Shown piece by piece: positions 45,308-58,912 of a DNA stretch of 64,000 bases (its first letter is position 1; the number at the start of each line of letters is the position of its first letter). The position numbers and the translations under genes were made by a program. Source of the stretch: Felis catus. Its lineage: Eukaryota. Below the pieces are notes generated by a model, which worked only from the letters and a program-made list of their open reading frames with translations, was not told where the DNA came from and did not search any database. The stretch spans positions 57,412,001-57,476,000 of the forward strand of contig NC_058380.1 in the NCBI RefSeq assembly GCF_018350175.1, written 5' to 3'.

Positions 45308-46142
45308 CTTTTTTAAATGTTTATGTATTTTAGAGAGAGAGAGAGAGAGAGAGCACGAGTGGGGGAGGAGCAGAGAGAGAAGGTGACACAGAATCCAAAG
45401 CAGGCTCCAAACTGTCAACACAGAACCCAACACGGGGCTTGAACTCATGAACCACAAGATCATGACCTGAGCTGAAGTCGGACACTTAACCAACTGAGCC
45501 ACCCAGGCGCCCCAACGTCATCCTAATCATTTATAAAAATCTTACACTAGATAATTAAATTCAACAATTATTTATTGATCTGTACACGAACTGTGGTAGC
45601 ATTGTATAAAAGAGGCATTAAGTGTTTTGAATAAATAAACTGGTAATTTATACATAAAAACTCCATCAATTTTGACTGGTATATTTGTTAAATGCAAACT
45701 GCAGACCTATTAAAGTGAGATTTTAAAAAATCTTTTGGGAGGGGTGCACCTGGATGGCTCAGCTGGTTAAGCATTGGACTCTATCTCAGTTCAGGTCTTG
45801 ATCTCAGGGTTGTGAGTTCACACCCCGGATTGGGCTCCGTGCTGGACGTGAAGGCTACTTAAAAAACAAAACAAACAAAACAAATCTTTTGGTATCCTTT
45901 CATCTCTTACATCGTTTAAAAAAAAAAAAATCTCGGGGCGCCTGGGTGGCTCAGTCGGTTGAGCGTCTGACTTCAGCTCAGGTCATGATCTCACAGCTCG
46001 TGGGTTTGAACCCCGCATCGGGCTCTGTGCTGACAGCTCGGAGCCTGGAGCCTGTTTCGGATTCTGTGTCTTCCTCTCTCTCTGCCCCTAAGCCACTCGC
46101 ATTCTGTCTCTGTCTCAAAAATAAATACACATTAAAAAAAAA
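45308..46142. mobile_element. Can-SINE cluster (45308-45512 -, 45741-45880 +, 45935-46142 +)
   Basis: Three SINE heads and tails. Confidence 0.88.
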
Positions 46143-46286
46143 TTTTTTTTAAATCTCAATTTTTTTCTTAATTACAAAAGTAATACATATCATTGACAAT
46201 ACAGTGATATATAAAATTCTAAACCATACTATCTCCAAGAGATAGCCATTCTCAGCATTTGATTTATATTGTTCCAGGTTTCTACT

Positions 46287-46318
46287 CTGTGTGTGTGTGT
46301 ATGTGTGTGTGTGTGTGT
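46287..46318. repeat. (TG)n microsatellite, interrupted
   Basis: Direct observation. Confidence 0.9.
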
Positions 46319-46552
46319 TTTTAATGAAACTGGGCTCATGACATAGATGTTTCAACTTTCTGTTTTCACTTACCTATGTGCAGTGAGCAGTGTTTGATAT
46401 CACACATCTCTGAAACAGTGTTTAATGGACTGATTTTAATGTATATGTAACATAATTTAATTATTCAATGCCCTATTAGAAATTTAGATCTTTACCGATT
46501 TTCTATTATTATAAACATTGCTATGTTGGGCATCTTTGAAACTAAATCTATG

Positions 46553-47665
46553 ATTTTTTTTTTAAGTTTATTTATTTATTTTGAGAGTGAGAACACCAGC
46601 AAAGGAGGGGCAGAGAGAGAGGGAAAGAAAATCTCAAGCAGGCTCCACATTGTCAGCACAGAGCCCTACATGGGGCTTGATCCCACGAACTGTGAGATCA
46701 TGACCTGAGCTGAAATCAGGAGTTGGATGCTTAACTGACGGAGCCATCCAGGCACCCCTGGGTAACATTGTTTTTGGTTGAATGTAGTTGTGACTCTGAA
46801 GTAGTCATATCCCAGCTCTGTCACTTACTGGGTAGTCTTAGGCAATTGGTTAATATCTCTAGGCCTCAGTGTCTTTACCAAATGGGAACTATAATAGTAC
46901 CAGCCTTAGAGGACTGTTAGGCAGATTAAATGAGATACTAGATGCAAAGTTCAGGCCCAGTAGTTGGCATATGGCACAAAATAAATATTAGCAATAATTA
47001 TTGGTGAGACTGATTTTTTTTTTTTTTTGAGACTGATTTTCTTGAGTGACTTTCAAACTGATTGCAGGCAGCATCAAAAGTGAAGTTTCAAGGGGCACCT
47101 GGGGTGCCTGGGTGGCTCAGTCGGTTAAGCGTCCGACTTTGGCTCAGGTCATGATCTTGTGGCTTGTGAGTCTGAGCCCCACGTCAGGCTCTGTGCTGAC
47201 AGCTCAGAGCCTGGAGCCTGCTTCAGATTCTATGTCTCCCTCTCTCTCTGCCCCATCCCACCAAAAAAAAAATAAAAAGCATTAGAAAAAAATTTTTTTA
47301 AGTGGAGTTTCAGGAACAGTTTTTAAAGGCATCATTTTGGGAATAATCATCTAGACTCTGAAGGATAGTGTTCTTTCTATCAACAAGTACTATAGGTGCC
47401 AGGGAGATCCAAAAATGAATAAAGCATGTCTTCTGTTTTCTTTTAAATGTTTTTAAAAAAATTTTTTTTATGTTTATCCATTTTTGAAAGAGAGAGAGCA
47501 CGAGCAGGGGAGGGGCGGAGAGAGAGGGGGACACAGAATCAGAAGCAGGCTCCAGGCTCTGAGCTGTCAGCACGGAGCCCGACACAGGGCTCGAACTCAT
47601 GAACTGCGAGATCATGACCTGAGCCAAAGTCAGATGCTCAACTGACTGAGCCACCCAGGCATCCC
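46553..47665. mobile_element. Can-SINEs (46553-46758 -, 47101-47292 +, 47462-47665 -) and a MIR (about 46790-47005 +)
   Basis: SINE heads and tails; MIR core cccagctctgtcacttact...ggcctcagt. Confidence 0.87.
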
Positions 47666-48843
47666 TGTCTTCTGTTTTCAAGAAGCTTACTGCCTGGCAG
47701 GAGGAATGAGGTATACCCATATTGCTTGTATATGAGGCAGAAAGTGAAAGCCTCCACGGTAGAGATGGATGTAACACCATGAAGGTTCAAGTGAAAGGCA
47801 GTTCTCTACAGAAGGCAGAACTTGAACCAGACCTTGAAGTGTTAGGATTCGAATATGCGAAATATGGGATAGGAGTGGAGATTGTATTGTTGACAGAAGG
47901 AATCAATCACTTAAGCCTGAAGACAAGTAAAGCTGGACATGGAAATGTAGGCATTAATAACCTTAGACACTAGCTGAAATAAAGTGGATAAATACATAAT
48001 CATGTAGTCACAGATTTGGAAATGCAGAGATTTTAGCTTTTGCTTTTACAACTGACATTTCCCCCCACTGATAGAAGAAAACTTAATGTTGTACTTTTCA
48101 AGTATATTTGGTTCAATTCAGTGTGTGTGTGTAAACTATGATTCATGATTTAGAACTCCCAGGTCAATTCAAAGCTCCATCTCTGGGCTTCCTGCCTGTT
48201 CCCTGCCTATTTGGTTCTGTCAGAACTTGTACACAGCTCGCTCCTTATAGGGGAGGTTTGTACTCTTGTTATTGGTTTCATCTTAGTGGTTTCCTCTCTC
48301 TGCAACAGCTTGTCATGCTCTTTCCTCCTGCACAGGTGGTTCTAAGAAGATGATGGCCAGTGGTGGTTTTGATGGATGATGATTTTGATGGATGTGCATT
48401 AGCTTTTTCCATACATGATAACCCCTTGGAAACACATCCACTGTAAACCTCACCACTAGGAGGTGACCCCTGCATTCTCTTGCTCTTTCAGAGACTCTTA
48501 GGGTTGGCATACTAGTTCACCTTCACTTCTCAATCCCACAGCTCCTCTGGGCCCATGTGAACCTAAGAGTCCCTTTTCTCCACTCCTGGGTCCTCAGGAG
48601 ACTCCGCCTTCAAGACCCTGCGCCCACACAGAAACACATGCACCATCACCAAGAGGCTGGCCGCTGGAGCTTTGGACCAGGCAGGCTGCACTGGATGACC
48701 CAAAGGGCAGACTAAATGTGTGCTTCCTGTACCAGCAAAGCAGGGCCACCAAATAGAGGTTAGGATTTTGATATATTTTTTTAAAATGTGAAAGTAGTTA
48801 CTTTGGAAAAAAATAAGAGTTTATTATACTTCTTTACACTTGA

Positions 48844-49062
48844 GGGGTGCTTGAGTGGCTCAATTGGTTAAGTGTATGACTTTGATTTCAGCTCAGGTCA
48901 TGATCTCACAATTCTCGAGTTGGAGCCCCACATTGGGCTCTGCACTGGCAGTGTGGAACCTGCTTGTGATTCTCTCTCCCTCTCCCTCTGCCCCTCCCCT
49001 GTTCATGCTCTCTCTCTCACTCACTCTCTCTCTCTCAAAATAAATAAATGAACTTAAAAAAA
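48844..49062 (+). mobile_element. Can-SINE
   Basis: SINE head, (CT)n and tail. Confidence 0.88.
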
Positions 49063-49459
49063 TACATTTATGTTGTAAGTGTAAAGGATTGACCTTATTT
49101 GTTTTGGCATGGGAAGGAATACCATAATCTTTCAGTGTTTTGGGTTTCTAAAGGCCTTAGTCTGGCCCTGTGCAGGTCCATTCTTTAATCCCAGATTTTA
49201 AGGAAAGATTCACTTTGGTCCTTATCAACATCCCCTTCTCCATATGATCCGGAGGACAGGCAAGTAAGAAATCCATAATGTTCTCTTCTCTCTCTTTACC
49301 CCAAACTCTTTTTCTCTCCTGTGTTCTTTTGGTAAAAGTAGAAAATCAATCTGTCTCTGCACTTCTCTGCATAACTCATCTGGACTCACGCTGATAGTAG
49401 TCAACTTTGAATTTAGCAGATTTTGGAATCGGTCTTTGCTCTTAATACTAGTAAACTAT

Positions 49460-49670
49460 TTTTTAAATTTTGTATTTAATGTTTATTTTTGAGCAAGAGA
49501 CATAACATAAGTGGGGGAGGGGCAGAGAGAGAGAGGGAAACAGAATCCAGGCAGGCTTCAGGCTCTGAACTGTCAGAACAGACCCAGACATGGGACTCAA
49601 ACTCAGGAACAGTGAGATCATGACCTGAGCAGAAGTCAGATGCTCAACCGATGGAGCCACCCAGGCACGC
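49460..49670 (-). mobile_element. Can-SINE
   Basis: Antisense body, TSD actagtaaa. Confidence 0.88.
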
Positions 49671-50723
49671 ACTAGTAAATTCACTTTTGATTTAGTTGCC
49701 ACATTTAGGGTCCAGCTGGGAAAATGGAAATCACTCTAAATGCTGAAACCAGAGGGAATTTCATCCAGAGAATTAGCTATAAAAGTGAAGGAGGGAGCTG
49801 AGAAAACATTCAAGGGAAGGTGAGGCAATCCAGAGATTGACAACAGCCAGACTTTGCTGTCATCCCTAGGTTGAAGGAACAAGGAGAGGAACCCCAGAGG
49901 CCAGGATAAATTAGAAGCTGAAACTTTGGAGGGCCAGCCTAGGGCGGTTGGGGTCATTAGCATGACACAGCTTCTGTCAGAGGTGCCGGCCGAGACAGGG
50001 AGAAGGGTAAGAAAATTTTGGCTTCCGACTTCCTTCTGATTCTATCTTTTCTGCCAGTGCCTCTCATTGACTGAATTCAGCAGGGGCTCAATGCTGAGGA
50101 CTCAATGTGTGAGTGCCAGCCTCACTGGAAAGGGAGAGGAGTGGATCTGATAAGAAACAGTGCGGACTGACTGGGGTTGCTCGCACATCCATTCCTACTT
50201 CACATAATCACATAATCACTTTGCCACATGAATGGGTGTCTGTCTCTTCCTAGTTAGTATACTTCTTAAGGGTGGGTGAGGCGGGGAACTACATTCTGAC
50301 ATAACTATCTTTTGAGGGCCCCTCAATAAATATGTGTTATATTGAACTGAATTTAACAGTTTCTAAACTCTTTTTAGTTATGTGTCACTGACTGGCTCCT
50401 CTTCTCATTCTTTTCAATGAAGAGAGAAAAAATTTGAAAACCTTTGCACAATGTTATAAAAACAAACATACCCATTCTTTTAAAACATTTCACCTACCAG
50501 AATATGACCTCAAACTGCCGATGGTGGGGGCTAGTTCATTATTTGGGTAGGAAATATCCCTAGTAATTATAATAATTAACACTTATACAGTGTTTTATAA
50601 TTTACAAAGTACAATTTACATGTATTTTCCTTATAAGTAGGTTTTGATCTGGGGATTCTGGAATTTGTTTATTTGACCCCTGTCAGTTTAGTGTTAAAGT
50701 TTAGATTTGAAAGAAAAACATCA

Positions 50724-50940
50724 GGAGTGCCTGGGTGGCTCAGTCAATTGAGCGCCCAACTTCAGCTCAGGTCACGATCTCACGGGTCGTGAGTTCGAGC
50801 CCTGCGTCGGGCTCTGTGCTGACAGCTCAGAGCCTGGAGCCTGCTTCAGATTCTGCGTTTCCCTCTCTCTCTGCCCCTCCGCCACTCATGCTCTGTCTCT
50901 ATCTCAGAAATAAATAAACATTTAAAAAAATATATTAAAA
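50724..50940 (+). mobile_element. Can-SINE
   Basis: TSD aaagaaaaacatcagg. Confidence 0.92.
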
Positions 50941-51580
50941 AGAAAAACATCAGGTTCTTTTCTTTTGAAACTTAGATGTTGGGCAACCTTCTGTGCCCTT
51001 TTTGTTAGACAGTTTTATTCTCAGAGTCGATGAGAGATGTTCTCAGCTGTCATTTGGTGGGAGAGGCTGGCATCACATTACCACTCCATTTTTCTCTTTC
51101 AGGGACCTAGCAGGTGTTTGAGGACAATGACTGACTCATCTACTTACATGGAGGTCTTGCAGTCATACATATCACACTTGCTGTCTTTAGAGCCCTAGTC
51201 TCATCCGACTGTGTACGTATGTATGTATGTGTTTTAATAATCAGCCTCAGTCCTCAAGGAATAGTCTAAATCAGCCTTACAGTTCATCTTGTCCGGTGTT
51301 TGGTCAGGATTTGCTTTGTGGAAAATCAAATTGTTTTCATGACTTTATTCTTGGTCCAGAGATACCCCAACCGATCTTAGCTTTGTTTTTATCACATTAT
51401 ATGTCAAATTATCTAAATCATGTTTGAAGAGGTTTTTTTTTTTTTTTTTTTTGATACCCATTCCTTGTAAAATATTCTAGTCCTAACTGATCTGCTCATC
51501 TTGGATTATACTTTCTATAATGTTTCATTATTATCTTTTTGTCCCAAGTTACTGGTTTTCAGGAAAAGCCTCTTAGCTCT

Positions 51581-51932
51581 TATCTTAGTTCATGCAGACT
51601 GCTATAATAAACTACCTTAGCCTGGTGGCTTATAACCAACAAAAATTTACTTCTCACAGTTGTGGAGGCTGGGAAGTCCAAGATCATGGTGCCAGCAGAT
51701 TCCATGTCTGGTGAGGACCTGCTTCCTCATAGACAGTGGTCTTTTTGTTGTGTCCTCACATGGGTGAAGGAGCTTTTTGGGGTCTATTTTATAAAGACAC
51801 TAATCCCACTCATGAGGGCTTACTCTCATGACCTCATCACCTGCCAAAGACCCCACCTCCTAATACCATCACCTTGGAAGTTAGGATTTCAACGTATGAA
51901 TTTGGGAGGACACAAACATTTAGTCCGTAGCA
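51581..51932 (-). mobile_element. MLT1A-type MaLR solo LTR
   Basis: ttctcacagttgtggaggctgggaagtccaagatcatggtgccagcagattc...ccccacctcctaataccatcaccttgg...acacaaacatttagtccgtagca. Confidence 0.88.
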
Positions 51933-52439
51933 GCCCTGATGTCACCATTCCACCCTCTAATATTTAAAAAATTCCTAGTGCAGTTATGAGGGACTTATCA
52001 TGTGGGTTTACCTATTTAAGGAAATGCCATTTTTCTCTTTGATGTCCCATTGCCTTCCTTTAAAACATCCAAAATATCAAGCAACCTATATCAATATTAT
52101 ATTTTTTATACTTGTTTATGAATTTTCAAGTAAAATTTTTGAATAATACTTGCACATGTTACAAAGTTAAAGAAGTACAAAATGGTAGATAATGAAAAAA
52201 AATCTCCTACCCATCTTGTCCCTTAGATACCTCATTACCCATAGGGAGATAATCAGTGTTATTAATTTCTAGTCCAATATCTATATTTTAAGGCATAATT
52301 AAATACTTGGCCCTTTTTCTGAACTCCCTCAATTATTTGTTATATTTACTATATAGAAGGCTGTATCATGGCATGATACTGAAAAATAAGTTGAATTGTG
52401 TTAAATAATCAGAATAGTTTGGATTAAAATGCATTTAGA

Positions 52440-52650
52440 GGGGCGTCTGGGTGGCTCAGTAAGTTAAGTATCCATCTTTGACTCAGGTCATGATCTCACA
52501 GTTCATGAGTTCAAGCCCTGCATCTGGCTCATGGCTGTCAGTGCAGAGCCCGCTTTGGATCCTCTGTCCGCCCCTCCCCCCCACCCCGCCCGCCTCTCCC
52601 CCCACCCCTCACTGACACACTCTCTCTCTCAAAAATAACTAAACATTTAA
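52440..52650 (+). mobile_element. Can-SINE
   Basis: SINE head and tail, TSD gcatttaga. Confidence 0.87.
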
Positions 52651-53737
52651 AAGAGGCATTTAGAAAACTGGCATCTGGCATGGATTGCTTCTGGGTGTCT
52701 GCATGTCCCTAAATGTCTGACCTTTAGTATTTGCCTAAATACCACTCCTTCCTACACGTACAAACAATGAACTGTTACCTCCTTGCTTGGCTTTCTCTTA
52801 GCCTAAAACTTGTTAGTCTGGGGTCCTTTGGCTCCTTCGGATATTTTAGAAGAGCTGGGATCCATGTGCCCCTGAAATATTATGCAAACTTTTGTGTGAT
52901 ATATGTGTATGTGCCCTTTTTTTTTTTTTAACCGGGGAGAAATTATCCATGGCTTTTATCTGATGTTCTATCCACAGTCTGATTCTGTCTTCTTTATTCC
53001 ACCTAGACTTTTAATTGCTGGTTCTTTCGCTCAGAAGATGACCTTGCCTCCTCTTTTTGGAATGCAGCTGAGCTGCTTTTTTTCATATAAGCTTTGGTTC
53101 ATTTCAGCATATTGTAGAAGATACTGAGTTGAATCTTTATTTTTTCCCAGAATTGGTGACTAGGGTCCAAAGATGGGGACAAAGAAACACTAAGTAACAC
53201 TCGTTCTAGAGAGAGTTGCTAATAATTGGGGTCAGTCACCCTCTCCAGGGCTTACAGAGAGGTAGCAAATCTGGCCCTGGTACTTCCAACCACTAACTCT
53301 ACCCATTCCTTATCACCCCACCTCATTCGCAGTCTATGTTAAGATATAAGATGACTCAAGCGAGGGAGTCATGAGCCCAGCAGGGTGTACTTAGCCCTCC
53401 TTTTGCCCCCAAACTAAGCAAGAAGGTATCAAAGAGAGTCTACATAAAGGAGAGACTGATTTCTCATTTCCTGTTTAGATTATCTGTTTGGACAGTGGGT
53501 TTGTTCAGCTCGGCATATATTTGAGAAGCCTGTATTCCTTCTGTTTGGCTTAGCAAGGATATATGCATTTCTTGTGGTCAAAGGGACCCTGAAAAGGATA
53601 GCTGGGCTTCAGCCATCTTACTGGTAGCCCATTCAAGAAGTTAGAAAGGTTAAAGGAAGTGACTTGGAAGAGGATTATCTACATTAGGGCACAGCTCAGT
53701 GGAAAGGCCTCACAGGACTTTATAAACAACTCAGACA

Positions 53738-53945
53738 GGGACACCTGGGTGGCTCAGTCAGTTGGGTGGCTGACTTCGGCTTAGGGTCATGATCTCGGGG
53801 CTCATGGGTTTGAGCCCCATGTCGGGCTCTGTGCTGACAGCTTGGAGCCTGGAGTCTGCTTAGGATTCTGTGTCTCCCTCTCTCTCTGCCCCTCCCCCAC
53901 TCACACTCTGTCTCTCTCTCAAAAATAAATAAACATTAAAAACAT
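53738..53945 (+). mobile_element. Can-SINE
   Basis: SINE head and tail. Confidence 0.88.
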
Positions 53946-54473
53946 GTTTTTTTAGAGAATTTAGACAAGCTCCGCATAAGAGATGTGGCAGTTTGCTCTC
54001 TGCTGAACAGGCTGGAATGGCCTGTCACCCACAGCCAGCAGTGGTTTGCAATAACTACCTTGTTTAGTGTTCCTCTCTGCTCTCCTCCTGGTTCCCAGCC
54101 CCTGAAGAGCTAGAACCTTTCTAGAGAACCTTCTAGAGAACTAGCAGAGGAGAAGGAGAAACCATAGAAGGGACCATACTGTCCTCCCAGCTTCAGGTTC
54201 CTTAAGCCACAGCTCAAGCTTGGGCTGGAAGAAGGGAGGAGATGAGTTCTCATTGGACCTGAGATGGGCTTTTAAACCAGTTGGCTTGGATTGAGTTTTT
54301 ACAAAACTGGAGGGGACAGAGAGTTATAGAATCTGTCCATGCTGTTGAGTGGGAAGGAGACATTTGTCATGGCACAGATCAAGACTGTGATAGGGTGGGA
54401 GGTTATGTTTCTGCCCAAATGAGTTCGGTGCTCAACAAAGAAGTTAAATTTACCTATCACTGGTTCCAATGTT

Positions 54474-54475
<2 letters not shown>

Positions 54476-54507
<32 letters not shown>

Positions 54508-54520
54508 TAATAATAATAAT
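54476..54520. repeat. (TAA)n microsatellite
   Basis: About 14 units, one interruption. Confidence 0.95.
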
Positions 54521-55556
54521 CCAGTATTAGACATGATGGAATTCTTTACCTCATGGTAAAGAGATAAAGTCTAGTGCGACAGATAAAAGTAACTACTCAC
54601 TTTAAAAACAATGTAGTAAGGGCTATAAAAAGTGGCCTGCAAGGCCTCAAAGATGAGTGGTTAGTCAGAAAGCAAGGGAAGAGGAGACCTTTTAGCCTGT
54701 TGGAAAACCAACTTAGGGAACTACAAATAGTTGTAGATAGATGTTAGACATCTAGTTTAGGCACTGTGGCCATACAGGAGGCTGGAAAGAAAAGCTGGGG
54801 CCAGGTCCTGATGTGCTAATGAGCTTGTTCTCTAGCCTGTAGGCCAGCAGTTCTGAATGGCAGTGGTACTGCTTGTGGAGGGGCATTCTGGACATTTGTG
54901 GGACATTTTTCATTGCCATGGTGATGGGAGGTTTTGTAGTTGGGCCACAGATGCTAGACTGCAGTGTGAGACAGATACACGTAATTAGGAATATTATTTT
55001 AAAGTAGGTATTTACTTTTCTACCTGTCCTATTAGGTTATGTATTCCACAAGAGAAAGAATTTTATCTTGTCAGTCTTTGTACTTCAACACTGGCAATAA
55101 ATTTTGTTTGTCAAAAGCCCTGAATTCTGCATGATTTAGATCTCCTGAGTTCAATGTGATTCTCAAATGTTCCATCAAACACTTGTATAGGGTATCCTAT
55201 GTAAATAATTCGGTCTGTTATTACTTATCCTAACACTAGTGTTTAATCTAGTATTTTTTTTTTCATGGAATGGCTTCTGATCTTTTCTTAAATCCTAATT
55301 TACTCATTCCTTATAATTAGATGCAAACATCTGAGTGCTTCCTTGAGTCTTCTATCATAGTTATGTCCAACTATTTGTGTGTTAAAATACCCATTATTTT
55401 ACCACCAGCTATTGTCTTTTATTTCTGTTTTATATTATAGTTAGGACATTTTATTGATGTTTTGAAATTATGTGTATAGATAGCTTACATTATCTATGAA
55501 TTTCATTTTAGTTAGTAAAGGTGCTGTTATTTAAAATATTTATTAGCAGAAGGGAT

Positions 55557-56238
55557 GGGGCACCTGGGTGGCTCAGTCAGTTAAACTTCTGACATCAGCA
55601 GGTCATGATCTTGCGGCTCGTGAGTTTGAGGTTCTTGTCAGGCTGTGTACTGAGAGCTCAGAGCCTGGAGCCTAGAGCCTGCTTTGGATTCTGTGTCTCC
55701 CTCACTCTGTCCCTCCCCCACTCACACTCTGTCTCTGTCTCTCTCAAAATAAATAAACATTAAAAAATTTAAAAAAAATTGTTAGCAGAAGGGAGACTAA
55801 CATCTGGTAGGATTGGGAGTCACTATGTGACCATTGATTTTCAAATGTTATTTTATTTTATTTTATTTTATTTTATTTTATTTTATTTTACTATTTTTTA
55901 TTTAATTTAAAAAAGTGTTTAAAGTTTATTTATTTTGAGAGACAGAGAGAATGCGAGCAGGGGAGGAGCAGAGAGAGAGAGGGAGAATCTCAAGCAGGCT
56001 CCACGCTATCAGTGCAGAGCCTGACAGGGGGCTTGATCGAGCTCATGAAACTGTGAGATAATGACCTGAGCTGAAATCAATAGTTGGACGCTCAACTGGA
56101 GCGCCTTTGACTCAGATCGTGATCTCACGGCTTGTGAGTTCGAGCCTTGCATCAGGCTTTCTGCTGACAGCTCAGAGCCTGGAGCCTGCTTTGGGTTCTG
56201 TGTCTCCCTCTCTTTCTGTTCCTTCCCGCGCTCGCTCA

Positions 56239-56269
<31 letters not shown>

Positions 56270-56588
56270 CTTAAAAATAAATAAATATTAAAAAAAAAAA
56301 AGAGTTTAACATTCAACTGACTGAGCCACCCAGGGACCCCTTATTTAATTTAAGTAGCTCTATGCCCAATGTGGGGCTTGAACTCACAACCCTGAGATCA
56401 AGAGTCACACATTCTACAGACTGGGCCAGCCAGGCACCCTTCAAAGTGTTATTTTGAGCCACAGACCTCCAACTTTTCTTTGCTCATGAGCTCCCTAAAA
56501 TAATAATAACCTCCTCACACAAGTTTTTAAGTTGAAATCTCATGTTTATTACCCAAGCTTCTCTCTCTCTTTAAGTTTATTTATTTAT

Positions 56589-56628
<40 letters not shown>

Positions 56629-57144
56629 TGTGAGTGGGAGGGGGCAGGAGAGAGAAGAGAGAGAGAATCCCAAGCATTGCCAGCACGGAGCCTGATGTGG
56701 GGCTCAAACCCACGAACTGCAAGATCATCACCTGAGCTGAAGTTGGATGCTTAACTGACTGAGCCACCCAGGTGCCTTTATGTATTGTTAATAGGAGATA
56801 GAATATATTGATCATTTTATAAGTTGGAATAAACTGAGGATTGACTGTAATTGGAACAAATATTTCATGATGATTTGTAAGATTTGTAGCTATCTTGTAA
56901 ATAAAGCACACTAAATACTAAATAAGTTACTTAACTTTATCCATGGTTTTTATTTAGTGTATTTGAATTTTTTTAATGTTTATGTATTTATTTTTGAAAG
57001 AGAGAGAGGGAGACAGAGAATCCGAAGCATACTCCATGCTGTCAGCACAGAGCCCAATGCAGGGCTTGAACTCACGAACTGTGAGATCATGACTGAGCCA
57101 AAATCAAGAGTTGGACACAACCAACTGAGCCACCCAGGTGCCCC
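55557..57144. mobile_element. Dense Can-SINE cluster (55557-55778 +; 55910-56340 - with nested + copy 56100-56301; 56345-56440 -; 56575-56776 -; 56968-57144 -) with (TTTTA)n and (GA)n tracts
   Basis: Multiple SINE heads and tails in both orientations. Confidence 0.88.
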
Positions 57145-57889
57145 TAGTGTATCTGAATTTTTTGGTGGCCTGCAGAACTTTCCAGCTACTTTTTTTGGTT
57201 TAAGTCAAGTTATTAGGGTATAATTTATATACAGTAAAATCTAGCTATTTTAAGTGTATTCCAGTTACTTTTAAGACAAAATAGGTCACTAATTGTATCC
57301 TCCTTTGTCTGTGCTGATTGTAGAGAATCCCAGCATGGGCTAAATGTGCCATTTCCAATGTTGTTATACCCTTAACGGAAATATGTATATGGTGGGAAAA
57401 GGCAGGAAGCCCTATTAGTTTAAGGCACCTTGATTAATCTTTAAAAGTTTGCCTAGATCAATATCTTTATTTATATATCCCTTTGCTTGGTGTCCCAGCA
57501 GTTTTCACACCCTAGAACAATTCATCATAATTAGATTTGGCATGAGCGAGGGACATGCCTGTCTTTTATAAAGCAGGAGGATTGTGTGAGCGCAAGGTCA
57601 TTCTTTGGCAGGTCCGTTTTAGGAAGGAAGACGAGGATCTGGAAATGGATTCCTTGAAACCATCTTACCTACGTACACTGTGGAAAATCTGTGCTCCCCC
57701 TGTCTGAAGGGTAGAGGTTCAGAGGCTTGGCGGCCCGGTCTGAGAAGGCACTGAGGTCAGGGGGCACTGGTTTCTGGGCCTGCCACTACTACTTCATCTG
57801 GGCAGCTGGGCTTCGCTTCCGTTTTACATTTGCATTTTTATTTGAAGAAGGGTTTTGCTGCTAAAAATAACAGTTTGAAAAACACATTT

Positions 57890-58050
57890 TCCATGGGGAA
57901 CCATTTAAGGATTTTAAGCAGGGAAGTGACATAATTAGGTTTTTGTTTCGAAAGGCCACTTTGGCATCCGAACACATTGTGGAGGATGGCTTGGAGGGAG
58001 GTGAGACAGGAGGCCCAGAGACTTGTCACAGAGGCTGTTCAAACAGTCCA
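57890..58050 (-). mobile_element. LINE-2 fragment
   Basis: atggggaaccatttaaggattttaagcagggaagtgacat...cactttggc. Confidence 0.7.
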
Positions 58051-58701
58051 GAGGGAAAACTGTAACAGCCGGCAGCTCTGGGCTCCATCCCAGGGTGGGG
58101 GCATCCACTTTAGTTGGAGCTGGGGTTTCATGGGGCTTCCTCCCCATTCAGCTGCTTCTCACATTGACATTTTCCACCTGGCCTTTCCTGTGTGACCCCT
58201 GCCTTAGGGTAACCTTTGACTCCTTCCTCTTCATCCTGTAGACCTAGGCTGCCACCAAGTCCTGCTGTTTCTTCCTTCATATTATCTCATATTTGTTTCT
58301 CTCTCTCCATTACTATTCCATCATCCTAGATAAGGCACTTAGCATTTCATGCTCCAATTTCTCCAGGAGCCTCAGAATGGTCTTCCTGCTTTTAGTCTGC
58401 CTACATTGCCACAGCTAGCTACTTTGTTTTTTCATGACATATTGCAGCCATGCACAGAAAAGAGTACAGTTTGGTCAGATCTTGCTTCAGATTTCTCCTC
58501 CTCTTCCCAGTCTGTGGCTTCTCTGGGAAATTCTAAATAGAGCAAAAGATTTAAGAAGTGATGAATACATTTCCATTCTCTAGAAGCTGTTGTGATCATC
58601 TTTCCTTTGCTTCTTTTTATGTGACATATTTGTGGGTGAGGGAAAATAGGCCTCTTTTTCTCAGTGAAAGATTCTGTGAAAAAAACGTAGACTTAAAAAA
58701 A

Positions 58702-58912
58702 ATTTTTTTTTTACGTTTATTTATTTTTGAGAGACAGAGACATGGCACAAGGGGGGGAGGGGCAGAGAGAGAATGACACACAGAACCCAAAGCAAGCTCC
58801 AGGCTCTGAACTGTCAGCACAGAGCTGGACATGGGGCTCGAACTCACAAACCGGTGAGATCATGACCTGAGCCAAAGTCTGATGCTTAACCAACTGAGCC
58901 ACCCAGGCGCCC
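58702..58912 (-). mobile_element. Can-SINE
   Basis: Antisense body; flanks aaaaacgtagactt / aaaaagtagactt. Confidence 0.9.

Noticed and set aside
54111-54143. HSE-like agaacctttctagagaaccttctagagaac
   Set aside because: Explained by a short local tandem duplication; imperfect nGAAn phasing and far from any promoter.
21065-58902. Many 60-160 aa ORFs of the type [30 protein letters not shown]
   Set aside because: All are Can-SINE translations, not a gene family.
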